A DNA stretch of 64,000 bases from assembly GCF_009914755.1 (NCBI RefSeq), contig NC_060934.1; one strand, given 5' to 3'. Source of the stretch: the human T2T-CHM13v2.0 reference genome, Homo sapiens. Positions 26,697-38,345 of this stretch are shown piece by piece (the stretch's first letter is position 1; every line of letters begins with the position of its first letter). The position numbers and the translations under genes were made by a program. The notes beneath the pieces were generated by a model. That model made no database searches. It worked only from the letters and a program-made list of their open reading frames with translations, and had not been told where the DNA came from.

Positions 26697-27020
26697 ACTT
26701 TTATTTTAGAATCAGGGGCTTTACGTGCAGTTTTATAACATAGGTGAGCATAGTACCCAATAGATAGTTTGTTTTCCACCTTTTCTCCCCTCCTTCTCCA
26801 TTATTGTATTACCCAGTGTTTATTGTTCTTATTTTTGTGACCATGTGTATCCAATGCTTAGCTCCCACTTATAAGTTAGAACATGTGGTATTTGGTTTTC
26901 TGTTTCTGTGTTAGTTTGCTTAGGATAATTATTTTCAGCTGAATCCCTGTTGCTCCAAAGGATATGATTTTGTTCTTTCTTATAGCTGAATAGTATCCCA
27001 TGGTATGGGGCACGTTTCTT
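26697..27020 (-). mobile_element. L1PA15/16-like 3' end
   Basis: TTAGCTCCCACTTATAAG..GAACATGTGGTATTTGGTTTTCTGTT. The ORF at 26876-27079 contains ORF2 C-terminal-like YYSAIRKN..ILSKLTQKQKTKYHMF. Confidence 0.88.
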
Positions 27021-27419
27021 AAGGTCACACACTCTTCAGTAATGGAAAAGTGTAGGGGAGATGGGTGATACACAACCAAGAATCTGTGTACTTAGCAATA
27101 TGTTACAATGCCTCCATGTAGAGTCCCCTTTGAATTTAGTCCATTAAGATTTTGAAATCTTTGTTCTCAGCTATGAGATAATCATTCTACAGGAAAGCAT
27201 GCACTTATAATTGAGCCAGCAAATTATAGGAAATCTAGCTGGTAGCAAGAAAAAATATTTTACTAATATTTCATATGTATGTGTGACAGAGGAGAGTATT
27301 TAAAGTTGTTACACAACTCATCTTAAATGGAGTCAAAGTCTTCGATTGAACATTGGCCTTTTTGCACTTTGAAGCCCAAACTTAGCAATAAATAAAAATA
27401 AACTCTTGATGCACTAAAA

Positions 27420-27795
27420 ATAATTATAGTGATTAAAATTACAATGCATGAACAATTAATACACACACAAAAACATTGGTACATGCAAAATAAGATGAGT
27501 AAAAGAAGTGAACGTATTGCTTTAACTTATAAATTAAATTAATATAAAATTTAGAAAAGGCAAATTAATGTATAGTGACAGAAAACAGATCAGTAAATCA
27601 GTGGTTGCATGGTGACAGGGGGACTAAGGAATGGGAGGGAATGTAGGAACACAATTACAAAGGGAAGTAATGAAACTTTTTGGAGTGATGTTTATTTTCA
27701 TAATCTTAGATGACTATATATGTCAAACTTATAATACTGTACTGTGCAATTTATTGTATATCAGTTGTGCGCATCAGAAAATCTGTAAAAAATTA
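27420..27795 (+). mobile_element. L1ME 3' end
   Basis: TAGAAAAGGCAAATTAATGTATAGTGACAGAAAACAGATCAGT...GTGGTTGC. Confidence 0.75.
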
Positions 27796-28283
27796 AAACT
27801 TATTTTCAGTATCCTAATGATTTCTTCTCCCAAGTTTAAAAAATGATGGAGGCCAATGAACAGATAACTAGAAGAAGGTGATTCCAATCATTTGTTTCAA
27901 TTCAAATTTAACAATGGTCTATAGTTTCTTTTAATATTGGATAATTAATTTAAGCACAGTAGGGTTTTTATGTCCTATTTAAAAAATTGTTGTGTACTCC
28001 AAGAGCACTAAGATTACAAGAATAATTTTATTTTCCTTTAAAAGCTTTATATGAAATTCATTAAGAATTGATGTTTGAACAAAATGAAATGTGGAAGAGA
28101 GAGTCTGGATACATTTTTAAATGAATATTTAATTGATCCAGTATGATTTATTATGAACTTTTCCCCAACTGCACTATAGTATTAGCCCTATCAAAAATCA
28201 AATGATTTTTGCGGACCTCAATTCTGTTACATTGAGCCATTTGTCTCACTTTTCATTAATATCTCACTGGTTTATTTATTGTA

Positions 28284-28644
28284 TGATATGGTTTGGCTGT
28301 GTCCCCACTCAAATCTCATCTTGAAATGTAGCTCCTATAATTCCCATGTGTTGTGGGAGGGACCTGGTGGGAGATAATTGAATCATGGGGGCAGTTTCCC
28401 CCATACTATTCTTGTGGTAGTGAGTAAGTCTCATGAGATCTGATGAGTTTATAAAGGGTTTTCCCTATTGCTTGGCTTTCATTTTCCCTTGTCTGCCTCC
28501 AGGTAAGATATGCCTTTTGCCTTCTGCCATGATTGTGAGGCCTCCCCAGACATGTGGAACTGAGTGTATTAAACCTCTTTTTCTTTATAAATTACCCTGT
28601 CCTGGGTATGTCTTTATTAGCAGCGTGAAAAATGAATTAATACA
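28284..28644 (+). mobile_element. THE1 (B/C-like) solo LTR
   Basis: TGATATGGTTTGGCTGTGTCCCCAC...AATACA with perfect 5-bp TSD TTGTA. Confidence 0.95.
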
Positions 28645-29007
28645 TTGTACTAGTACAATAAGTTACTATCTGATAGTATGGATTATTCAATGTTGTTCTC
28701 TGTTTCCATATATAATTTTAGAAACAGCTTATCATTTTTATTAAAAACCTGGTAAGTTCTTACTGGGGTTGCACAGAATCTGTAATTCAATTGGAAAGCA
28801 AGTGCTGTCTTTACAGTAACGAGTTTTTCCAATACTGTATTTTAATCCATAAAAATTATACCTGCCTCTTTCTTTATTTTCCTAATGCTGTGTAGATTAC
28901 TGTGTAGAGATCTTGCACATATTTAGTAAGGCTTATTCAAAGATGAAAATCAAAGATAAAAGTCACAGCATTTTAAAAATTGCTAGTATAAAAAATAAAA
29001 TTAGTAT

Positions 29008-29553
29008 TGATAGCATCAGGAGACAGACAAATTCCTAATCAGACAGGAATGGGTCCAGTGAAACTCAACCTTCAAGCCAAGGACAGTACAAAGCCTGAAC
29101 ACTGTGCTATCAGTTCTGGATAAAATCCACGGATCAGAGTGAGAACTTCCATCTCCATCTTACCCATTCTCTCTTGATTGGTTGTTTTGAACGATGCCTT
29201 TTAACCAATCAAATGGTGCCTTTTCTAAGCCCACCCATAAACCAATCAGCATACATTCCCCCATTCTAAGCCCATAAAAATCCTTGAAATAGCCTCATAG
29301 AGGGCGACCCACTTTCAGTTCCCCTCTTGCTATGAAGAGCTTTTCTTTCACTCAATAAATGCTACTCTGCCTTCACCCCTCACTTGTGTCCGCATACCTT
29401 ATTCCTCTTGGTCACAAGACAGGAACCTGGAACTTGCCAAACTGCGGGAGAGAGAGAACTGTTAAGCTCCACCTCACCGAGGTGCGGGCAGCAGAAGTAA
29501 AAGAGCTGTAACATTCCTGCCTGCTGAACTATGGGAGTAAAAAAGCTGCAACA
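29008..29553 (+). mobile_element. ERV1 solo LTR, LTR27/LTR28-like
   Basis: TGATAGC..CAGGAGACAGACAAATTCCTA start, GCTGCAACA end, TSD GTAT/ATAT, CCAAT boxes and AATAAA. Confidence 0.75.
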
Positions 29554-29709
29554 ATATTGTATGCCAACGTTGGCTTCCAGGAGTCTTCTTATACTCTTTT
29601 AGTAGTTTTAATAAATTTTTGAGCAATAATATAATTCTTATATTCCTCATGTACAAAATCTTGATGCTTGCAAAAATAATGCCAGTTTTCTTCCATTGCA
29701 ATACAGATA

Positions 29710-29789
29710 CTAGGTTGGTGCAAATGTAATTGTGGTTTTTGCCATTACTTTTAATGACAAAAACTGCAATTATTTTTGCACCAACCTAA
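29710..29789. mobile_element. MADE1 MITE (Hsmar1-derived)
   Basis: 80-bp palindrome (C)TAGGTTGGTGCAAA...TTTGCACCAACCTAA flanked by TA on both sides. Confidence 0.96.
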
Positions 29790-30650
29790 TAACTTTTATT
29801 TATTTTTCTCAACGTCTTCATAAGCTGTTTTCCAATGCAATGATGAATTAGACATGACAATGGTGGACATCTTTGTCTCCGCCTGATCTCAAGAGAAGCA
29901 CTTTTAATAACTGACCATTAAGAATGATGTTTTCTACACTATTTTAAGGTAATTTTTATGATTTAGGAAAAGCTTTACTTCAATCCTAATTCTTTTTTGA
30001 TTGATAACAGTACTTTATTTTGCATGGGTGTTAAATTTTGTTAATTTTTTTCTAAACCTTTTGAAATATTTTTATTCTGTAAATAAAGATAATTGCATTG
30101 CTGAATTTCAATTATTACAACAAACTTTTATTTCTGAAATCCACCTTATTTGGAACTTGACGTATTAATCATTTTATGTATTATAAAATTAGAATGTAGT
30201 TCTCTCATATTTTTCTTTCATATTTTTGATTAAGTTCATGAGAAAGATTAGTATGCATTTTCCTTTCTTATAATATCCTTGTTGATTTTTGCTATCAAAG
30301 TTATTCTGGCTTTATAATGTTGATCAATAAATTATATTTTCTTTTATTTTTTCCTGAAGGAATTTATGTTTAAAAAAGGTGCTATTTGTTCCTTAAATGT
30401 TTGAAATAATTCAAGAAAACTACTCAAGAGTTTTACTTAATAAGTTTTCTATAACTTCTGTAATTTTAACAGTAAACATAAGATTATTTGAAATTTCACT
30501 CGTGTCACTTTTGTTTGTATTTTTTATGAATTTTCAAACAATGTTTTTAAATGAAGGTCTTATCAATCTTACTGGTTAAAAATACCATTTTTGAGTCGTG
30601 TAAGTTGTCAGAATTGGTTAGTTTATAAGTTGCTGGTAGTTCTTAACCAG

Positions 30651-31248
30651 TGTGGGTGCTCAGCAACTGATACCCACGCATATGGCGCTTTGAGATGCTG
30701 AACTGAAGAAGCCTCAAGGTCTTTCTAACCTTCCTCTCCTCCTGTCTCTCCATCCTTTGTCTTTCCCAAGCACAGGATGAAGTTGTTCTCCAAAGTTTCC
30801 TTATCTGCCAAAGGCTGGAAACACCAAGGAAGAAATCAACACCTCTAGTCCCTTCCCTTAGTTTTTATTAACTGGACTCATATTGTAGGAAGAAAGATTG
30901 AAGTTTGTCAGAACACCAGAACAGACTCCTGTCACAAACCATTGTCTGCTCTGTGGGCCCAACAGACTTTGTTGCAGGCCATTGTAGGGTCTTCAAGCCC
31001 ATTGAATTCCCCTAAAAATCATTTACTATTTCCCTAAAATTATCCACACTTTCCCATCTCCACTTGCCCTAAGAAGGAGGGAACATAGTCACCTGTACCT
31101 CATTGTGTGGTACCATAATATCTATGTGGTTCTCTCCCATGCACATTAATATATTTATATGGCTTTTCTCTTACTAATATGTCTTGCATCATTTGATTTT
31201 CAGTGAACCTTCAGAGGGCTAAGAGGAAGTTTTCCACTGGTCCCTACA
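30651..31248 (+). mobile_element. ERV1 solo LTR, MER39/MER34 group
   Basis: TGTGGG...ATATGGCGCTTTGAGATGCTGAACTGAAGAAGCCTCAAGG...CCCTACA. Perfect TSD CCAG. Confidence 0.85.
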
Positions 31249-32077
31249 CCAGCCTCAGTGAATTTCACCAGACATGTGGAAACCATTCAGTCAGGGAATC
31301 AAGGGTAGCACGACACAGATTTCTGGAGCTCTTTCTCTGCATGTTTCACTTTTCTCTGTTACTTTATCTGGTAAACTATGGCTACTTCAGTCTCCCCCTC
31401 AGCCCAAGCTCTGTATTCTTAACTAAGGCCCTCATGCTGTTTTGTTTCTCACTCTGAGCTATAGTCCAGGCAGTGCCTCAGGCAGAAATCCATGACAATT
31501 GCAGTGCTCACTTCAATTGTTTTACTTCTTTCAGGGATCACAATCCTGTACTGGCTGCTAACTAATTTCTGCAAACAGATTTTTCCACGTATTTTCTCCA
31601 GTTTTTCCAGTTGTTTTTAAAGAGAGGGCAAGTCTAGTTTTAGCCACAAATTTATGGTTAGAAGAAAAAGTCCTCTCTCTATATTTTGTCACTTAGTGTC
31701 CTTACATGGTAAATTTCCAGGTGTATACATCACAGATATCACTGTTCATAAAGGCGGAATTCGTTGCAATGTTATTACTTTCTCTTTACATTTTCCCCAT
31801 AACTTCTTATCTCTTTTCTTTTTTTAAATTTTTTTGGTTATTGATGGGAAATTGTATTACCTTTTATTTTAAGGAACTGGAAGAGAGGGAGTAATGATCT
31901 GTACATTCTGAATATTATCCATAGTTTCTAGTTAAGCATATTCTTAATTTAATTTCTATTATTTAAAAAAGATTACATTTACATAATTTACATATAAAAT
32001 AAGGTTACAAGTCTTTAAAAAAGTTCTCTCTCTACTCAACCAGTTTTGCTCCTCTATCCATAATTTTTCCTGCTATT

Positions 32078-32865
32078 CGAGGACTAAGGTCTGATTTTTT
32101 ATCTTGCCCAAATTCCTACCTAAGGGGACTGGGGAGTAATGCCCTGAAAACCATAAATTCTCATCAGATGGGTTTTATTTGACCCTAGATATTGTGACAT
32201 TTTTCAGTCTGACTCTGCCATAACATTATGAGACAAGGAAAAAATGTTTAACCCCAAAATATATTTCCTTGCCATACCTTGAAATTCCCCTGCAAAGTCT
32301 CTTGTGGGAGAAATCCACCTTCTATAGAGAATCCCCTTCCCACTCTGTTTTCCTTCCTTCCTTTCCAGATCCAGGAGATCATCACCTAAGAGTCGGGTAC
32401 CCTTTTAGGTCTGTTAAAAAACATTTTACAACCTGCTCTCTCTCTCTCTGAAGTCTGCTATCTGAGAGATTCCTCTGCACAATAAAACTCAGTCTCCACA
32501 ATCCTTTATCTTAACCTGAACATTCCTTTCTACTAATCCCAGGTCTTCAGATAAATTCAATTGTCATCCAGAAAATGTTTAAATTTACCTATAGTCTGGA
32601 AGCCTCCCCCCGCGCCCCCCACCCCCAACCCGCCCTGGCTTTGAGTTGCCCCATCTTTCTGAACCAAACCAATGTATTTCTTAAATATATTTGATTGATG
32701 CCTCATGCCTCCCTAAAATATATAAAACCAAGCTGTACCCCAACCACCTTGGGCATGTGTTCTCAGGACCTCCTGAGGGCTGTGTCTTGGGCCATGGTCA
32801 CTCGTATTTGGCTCAGAATAAATTTCTTTAAATATTTCACAATCTGACAGTATGTAACGTCGACA
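32078..32865 (+). mobile_element. ERV1 solo LTR, MER4E/MER4D-like
   Basis: GAGGACTAAGGTCTGATTTTTTATCTTGCCCAAATTCC start. Shares its 3' half with the MER4A at 57.5 kb and ends CGTCGACA. Confidence 0.88.
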
Positions 32866-33079
32866 TGTAACTTAATATTTCCAGATGAGAATTAGACTTT
32901 CTTATCCCGCCCTTTCTACTACTCCCATCACCTTACTGCTTTCAATTTCCTGAATATAACCATTATATTTTCACTGTAATTATATTTAAATAAAAATTCA
33001 GTTTGCATGAATGACTACTTAAATATCATTACATTTAAACCACATTGTACATTATGATTAAATATTCTTTTTAAAAACA

Positions 33080-33180
33080 TTTTTAAGTGACCAATAAAAT
33101 CGTATTTACCATGAACAATATATAATGTTTTGAAGTGTATATACATTGTAGAATTATTAAATCTACCTAATTAACATGTA
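33080..33180 (-). mobile_element. L1MA 3'-terminal fragment
   Basis: ATGTTTTGAAGTGTATATACATTGTAGAAT...CTAATTAACAT. Confidence 0.65.
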
Positions 33181-33902
33181 ATTGTATACTCTTTATTATG
33201 CAATATTTTGCTGTCTCTGAAGTTGAAACTTTGGCAGAGATAATTTATTGTCTACCTAAACATTGATCATTCTTTTTCTTTTTAGCAATAAAATCTGAAT
33301 TTAGCCAGGCACAGTTAAATAAAAGTAGTTACATATTGCCAAATTCAAGTGGAAGTATTGCTGAAGGATGCTTAAAACAGGAACTTGTTTGAGAGTAACT
33401 GACAACAAAAGGAGCTCCAACAACCCTTTCAAAAGCTACATTTTTATTTTAAGGGACTATTTAGCTATACTCCATACATTTAATATGTTTTCAATATAAT
33501 TAAGTTCAAGATATTTTTCTTCTCCCTTGTAGTTTCTTATATGATCCGTGTCTTATTTCGAAGTGTATTCTACAATTTTCAAAAATTTGGAGTTTTCTGC
33601 ATTTCTTAATGTTATCAATGTATTAATTGTGTATATTTCTGTTACCTGATCCTCATCATCTTACAGAAAGTGAGTTTTCCCCCTTTTTAAGTTCACACTC
33701 CATAATCATGTATACATAAAGTCGTTTATATGTAATCCATCACATATATATGATTATATAAGCATTTAATACTTAGCTGACATTTTACTTAAAACGCAGA
33801 CATTATTACAATGCCATAGCTGCCAACTGAAGAAAAGAGTAGTAAATTGTAATTTTTTGAATTCCCTACATTATAAAAATTGTGAATAGATTAATAGCAT
33901 AC

Positions 33903-34250
33903 ACATTCACTCATTATTTCAATAAATTTCACTGAACATTTTTTATGTGCCATACTTTCTTTAAGACTCTCAAACTCTAGTGATGAAAAATCAATTTTTC
34001 CAATCAGATAACCATAAAATAATATACTATGTGTTAGGAAGGATATGACTGAATTTCCTGGTAGGCACATAGGACAAGTGATTAACTTTGCTATGGAGAT
34101 TAAAAAAAAAAAAAAGAAAAGCTTTGTAGAGTTTTATCAAGTTGTCCTTTGAAATCAGTAGGATTTCACCAAATGAATAAGGGGGAGATGGGCTTTCCAT
34201 GAGGTTAAATTCCATGTTCAAACAACTAAAAGTTTTATATGAAGGCTGTC
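33903..34250 (-). mobile_element. L2 3' fragment
   Basis: CATTCACTCATT..AATAAATTTCACTGAACATTTTTTATGTGCCA. Confidence 0.6.
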
Positions 34251-34924
34251 ATATAAATTTTTAAAGCAATATACTGAGTCTATATTATGGTAAATGATAC
34301 AGATACCTCATTCTCCAACCTACATCCTCACCTCTAGCATAAATGGTATAATTTAGTTAAATTTTATAGTTCAAAGGCCAAGAAGATGGTGTTTGGCTGT
34401 GTATTGCAAAACAAAACTAATTACACATGCTTCGTCTTCTGGAATGGTGATATGGAAATGGACAGGAATATATATAAAAATAAGCAAGTAACATCAGAAA
34501 AAGCATAGCTCAAAAAATCTTCCCATAGAGTCTCCAAACTGATACATTATTTAGATTAGAAGATTTTCTTTGAGAATGTAATGGCTGGGGACATTTCTGC
34601 CATGTGTTTGGAACCATGTGCTGGCAACTTCTGAATTCAGACATTAGAGATTTTCATAACATTACAACTGTCAGTCTTATTCAGTGCAGAACCATGCTGG
34701 ACTAAGAATCATATCTGATCTATACCTTTATTTTGTAGTGTGATTTCTCTTTATTAGTTTGTTATACTGACTATTCTCATGCAGAACTTTGCATAAAAAT
34801 ATTTTTAACAAAACGGGAAAATGTGCAATGACCTTGTTTGGAAAAAAGATTATAGGTATCAATCAGGACTTTCACAATATTTTTGTCAGCTTGTTAATAT
34901 ATCAAAAATGTTTTCATTTTACTG

Positions 34925-35235
34925 AAACTTTTTGAGTGTTTAGTAAGATGCTTGTCATGGTTCTAAAAGCTCTAAGTATGTTATATAACTCCATTCTTAC
35001 AAAATTTTATGTAATTTTTTTGCATATTGTAAGAACATATGCAAAATGTAAACTTACTTAAAATATTGTAAGAATGGAATTATATATTATCTACATATAT
35101 TTTACATACGTAGATAGTGCTATTTAAGGACAGGTTGAGAAATTTGTATAATGACACAATTAGTAATGGATAGAATCAGGATACGAATCTAGGAAATCTG
35201 ATTTTGACGCTGAAAATCTTATTCCCAGATAGTCA
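34925..35235 (-). mobile_element. MIR containing an internal inverted duplication
   Basis: MIR motifs on both sides (GAGTGTTTA..GTTCTAA; GACACAATTAGTAATGG..CAGGATACGAATCTAGG). Confidence 0.6.
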
Positions 35236-36129
35236 CACCTCCCTGGGTGGGTCAATGTGCTAAGCTATGAGTCCTACATTGGGAAGAAGTATCTGAGTAC
35301 GCTTTTAAGAACTGAAGAGTAAACATGAATTAACCAGAGTATGGGCAGAGCAATCCAAATATATTTTGAGGGTCTCTGGGAATTTAAATGTAGCACAGCT
35401 GGAGAAGCCTGCATCATAGCAGAAGATGATGATGCAGATACAGACAAAGGTCAAATAATACCATAATTGACACTTTGAATTTTATATGAATGACAAATCA
35501 CTGGAAATTTCTAAGCAGGAAAATGTTATAATCTGAGTACTCTGACTGTATAAAATGAAGCAGATGGAATGGCAGTGAAGGAGGGGTGATAGGTTAGTTT
35601 CCTAAACAAATATAAAAAGACAATCTGGTAGTAATTAACACTGAAGTTGGTAATTATGAACATATGCAGGTATCACTCTAATTAGTGCTGTGTTTGTCCA
35701 GCAACATTCAGCTGGTTTGGAACAGGATGAGAGATGGCCAGAGTGGCAGAGTGAGCAGAGAGGTTGGTGAGGAGATGGTTGAGAGTTAAAGGGTGTTTGG
35801 GGCTATGTTTCAAGATGGTTTTTACTGAACCAAGGTCATAGAAATTTAAAGAGTTGAGGATACTGGACTTTCTAGTTATTGTGAATGTGATAGAAGTAAC
35901 TTTTCCCATCTCTGAAGATTCAGCTGATTGGCCCTGTTTTTAATTTGACAAAATATAAGGTGACTAAGAGATTCATGTACTAAGGGATTACTGTGCACTG
36001 GATGAATATTTATATTATTATAAATAATTTCTTTTTAGTTAGTAACAGCAAAGTCACTTGTTCAATCAACAAAATTTATTATCTTCTCCAAAAATAGGTT
36101 TTGTCTTTTTAAAATTGTTAAATTCTTAA

Positions 36130-36374
36130 AAGATGTTGTTTTAAATATGTACTACAGAACAAAGAACAATATAATAAACTCTCTTGTACTTTTCATCTAA
36201 CCTCAATGATTGTAAACTCTTGGCCAATGTTGTTTTTCTTATACCTCTATTCAACCTTCCAGATTATTTTGAAGCAATTTAGATATAATTTTAAGGTCCA
36301 TATATTTATTTAAATTTAAATTTAAATTCAAATTGGTTGGTAGTTGTCTTAATTGCCCTTAAACATACAGGTGT

Positions 36375-36415
<41 letters not shown>

Positions 36416-37035
36416 CTCTCTCTCTCTCTCTCTCTCAGCAATTTATTTCTTAAATACATTGGGTCATTTGTTCTGTAGCATACCAGGGTATAGACATTGC
36501 TGATTGTATTCATGGTGACATTTAATATATTTTATCACTCTTAGATATTGTATAAATCAGTAGTTATAGCTACAGACTTAGATGCAGTTTTGATTTTACT
36601 GCAGGAACCCTTCCTAGGTGGTGTTATATATTTCCATCAGGAGGCATGTGAAGTCTCGCCGTACCCTTTGGGTGTTAGCAAACACTGATGATCAGTTTAG
36701 ATTCATTTAATTAAATTGGTGTTAAAAATGGTCACGTCCTAATTTGTCATCTATTTTTTATTTAGTAGCTAGACTATTTCCATAAATAGAAAGCTTATAT
36801 ATATAATGAAATGACTCTGTCCCATAAACTGTTTGACAGCACTAATGTAGACTTAACATCAGATAAGACAAAATAATAAAATAATCTCTTATTTTCCCAT
36901 GCAAATACATATTTATAATTTCTAAAACTTAATTGCTTTATTGGTATCCTTCAAAGGAGACCAAAGATAACTCTGTGTGACATTATGTACTCATGAATTG
37001 AAACACATTTGACATGTTTTAACTAATTGCAGTTA
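36130..37035 (-). mobile_element. L1MC4/L1MC5-like 3' region
   Basis: GATTATTTTGAAGCAA, GGGTCATTTGTTCTGTAG, CCATCAGGAGGCATG motifs. Confidence 0.65.
36379..36436. repeat. (TC)n microsatellite
   Basis: direct reading. Confidence 0.95.
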
Positions 37036-37039
37036 TGAT

Positions 37040-37340
37040 TGCATCAGTTAGGTCCTTCAGGAATCAGAAGCTAGACAGTAGTTAAAGACATTTATTGAGG
37101 TTAACTCTTGTGAGAGATGAGAAGGAAGCAGGATTGAATATGAAGAGCTTCAGACTACAGTGTTGATCTGACAATGTCTTGAAGAGCCAACACAGAGCTG
37201 TGGAGCAAAGATCATTGGTAGAGAAAGATCACTGGTAGAAATCATTGGACAAAATGACCAGGATCTAATTCTGCTATGTTCAGCCAGTGGCTGTGGGCTG
37301 AATGCAAAGAGCATGAATTCAGCTTGAAAGCTGCTCTTCC
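37040..37340 (-). mobile_element. ERVL-class LTR (LTR16-like), partial
   Basis: GAAGGAAGCAGGATTG...TGATCTGACAA...GGAGCAAAGAT...GAAAGCTG antisense LTR16-type motifs, TTTATT at ~37090. Confidence 0.6.
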
Positions 37341-38060
37341 TTAGTTTAGCTTATAATAGTGTGGCAAACTATAATCATTCCCAAAGATTTATCTGTTTTT
37401 TGTTTGTAGGGTCATACTGGTAAGTTAAGCAGCACTATGATGGGGACATCACCCCCGCATCTCTGAGAGCCTTAAGATTGAAAACAATCACTACAATCCC
37501 CATCCTATGTGATGCTGTTTTTGAATTACTATCCTACCTTGGTTGGGGTGCATTTTCAGAGCCTTCTGCTTGGTCCATTTCAAATAAATTTTTATTCTGT
37601 AGGCCAAGAATTTAGTGTATAGGTTATTCTACTTTCCAAGTATATTAATCTCAGATACACATGTGTGAACTGAGAAAACCACTAGGTTAGTCCATAGACC
37701 CACCCATGGGATACACTGAAGCCAGACACAGGCCAGAACTCAATTTATGACTTGGCCCCCATATGCCTCCTCTCTAACAGGGGACGATGATGATGCTTCA
37801 GGCCTTATGTCAAATCAGATTCCATGGTCCATTTTCCTAAAAAATACGTGGTGTTCCCATGTCCCCTCTGTATAGCTACCTGAAAAAAAAAGGTTGTTGT
37901 ATCTTTGGCTAAGATCTGTGGAAATCATTACAGTATACGTTTGCTGTATTGCTGGAGGGTTCAACCTAAACCCCCAGCAACATGACCACTTCTTCCATCA
38001 ATATGTTCTGGGTTTAAACAGTGGCTTAGTTTTTGCAACTGGGCAAGGAATAGGAATTTT
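37341..38060 (-). pseudogene. ERVL (HERV16-like) internal gag/pro-pol remnant
   Basis: minus-strand translation PVREEAYGGQVIN*VLA...KQKALKM...RIVIQKQH..GI...LKALRDAG resembles ERVL protease-RT (PVRVGAYGGQVINGVLA...KIVNQKQY..IKDLKDAG). Contains stops and frameshifts. Confidence 0.8.
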
Positions 38061-38094
38061 TTTTATCAGAGTGACTAATACGTATAATTTATTT

Positions 38095-38345
38095 ATAGTG
38101 ATAACATTTAAAAAATGACCCACATAATCCCATGATCTATGTTCCCTGGTATTATGTCCAGGACATCCATGATTAAATTACATAACATGGCAAAAAGGGA
38201 TTTTGTAGATGTAACTAAAGCTCAAAAGAGTTGACCTTAAGGTAGAGAGATTATCCAGGTGGGCTTGTCCTAATCACAGAACCCTTTTAAATATTAGCCT
38301 AGAGGTCAGAGGAAGAGGAAGGCAAAAAAGGAAGTCAGAAAGGTA
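38095..38345 (+). mobile_element. MLT1D/E 5' half
   Basis: CATGGCAAAAAGGGATTTTGTAGATGTAACTAA...GAGATTATCCAGGTGGGC..TAATCACA. Confidence 0.8.

Larger units (their letters stand above)
27930..31672 (-). mobile_element. ancient L1M(E) ORF2 to 5' region hosting several later insertions
   Basis: antisense ORF2 motifs (CCTGATCTCAAGAGAAGCA, CCATTAAGAATGATGTT) and L1ME-type 5' end (TCAGGGATCACAATCCTGT...AGAGGGCAAGTCTAG). Confidence 0.65.
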
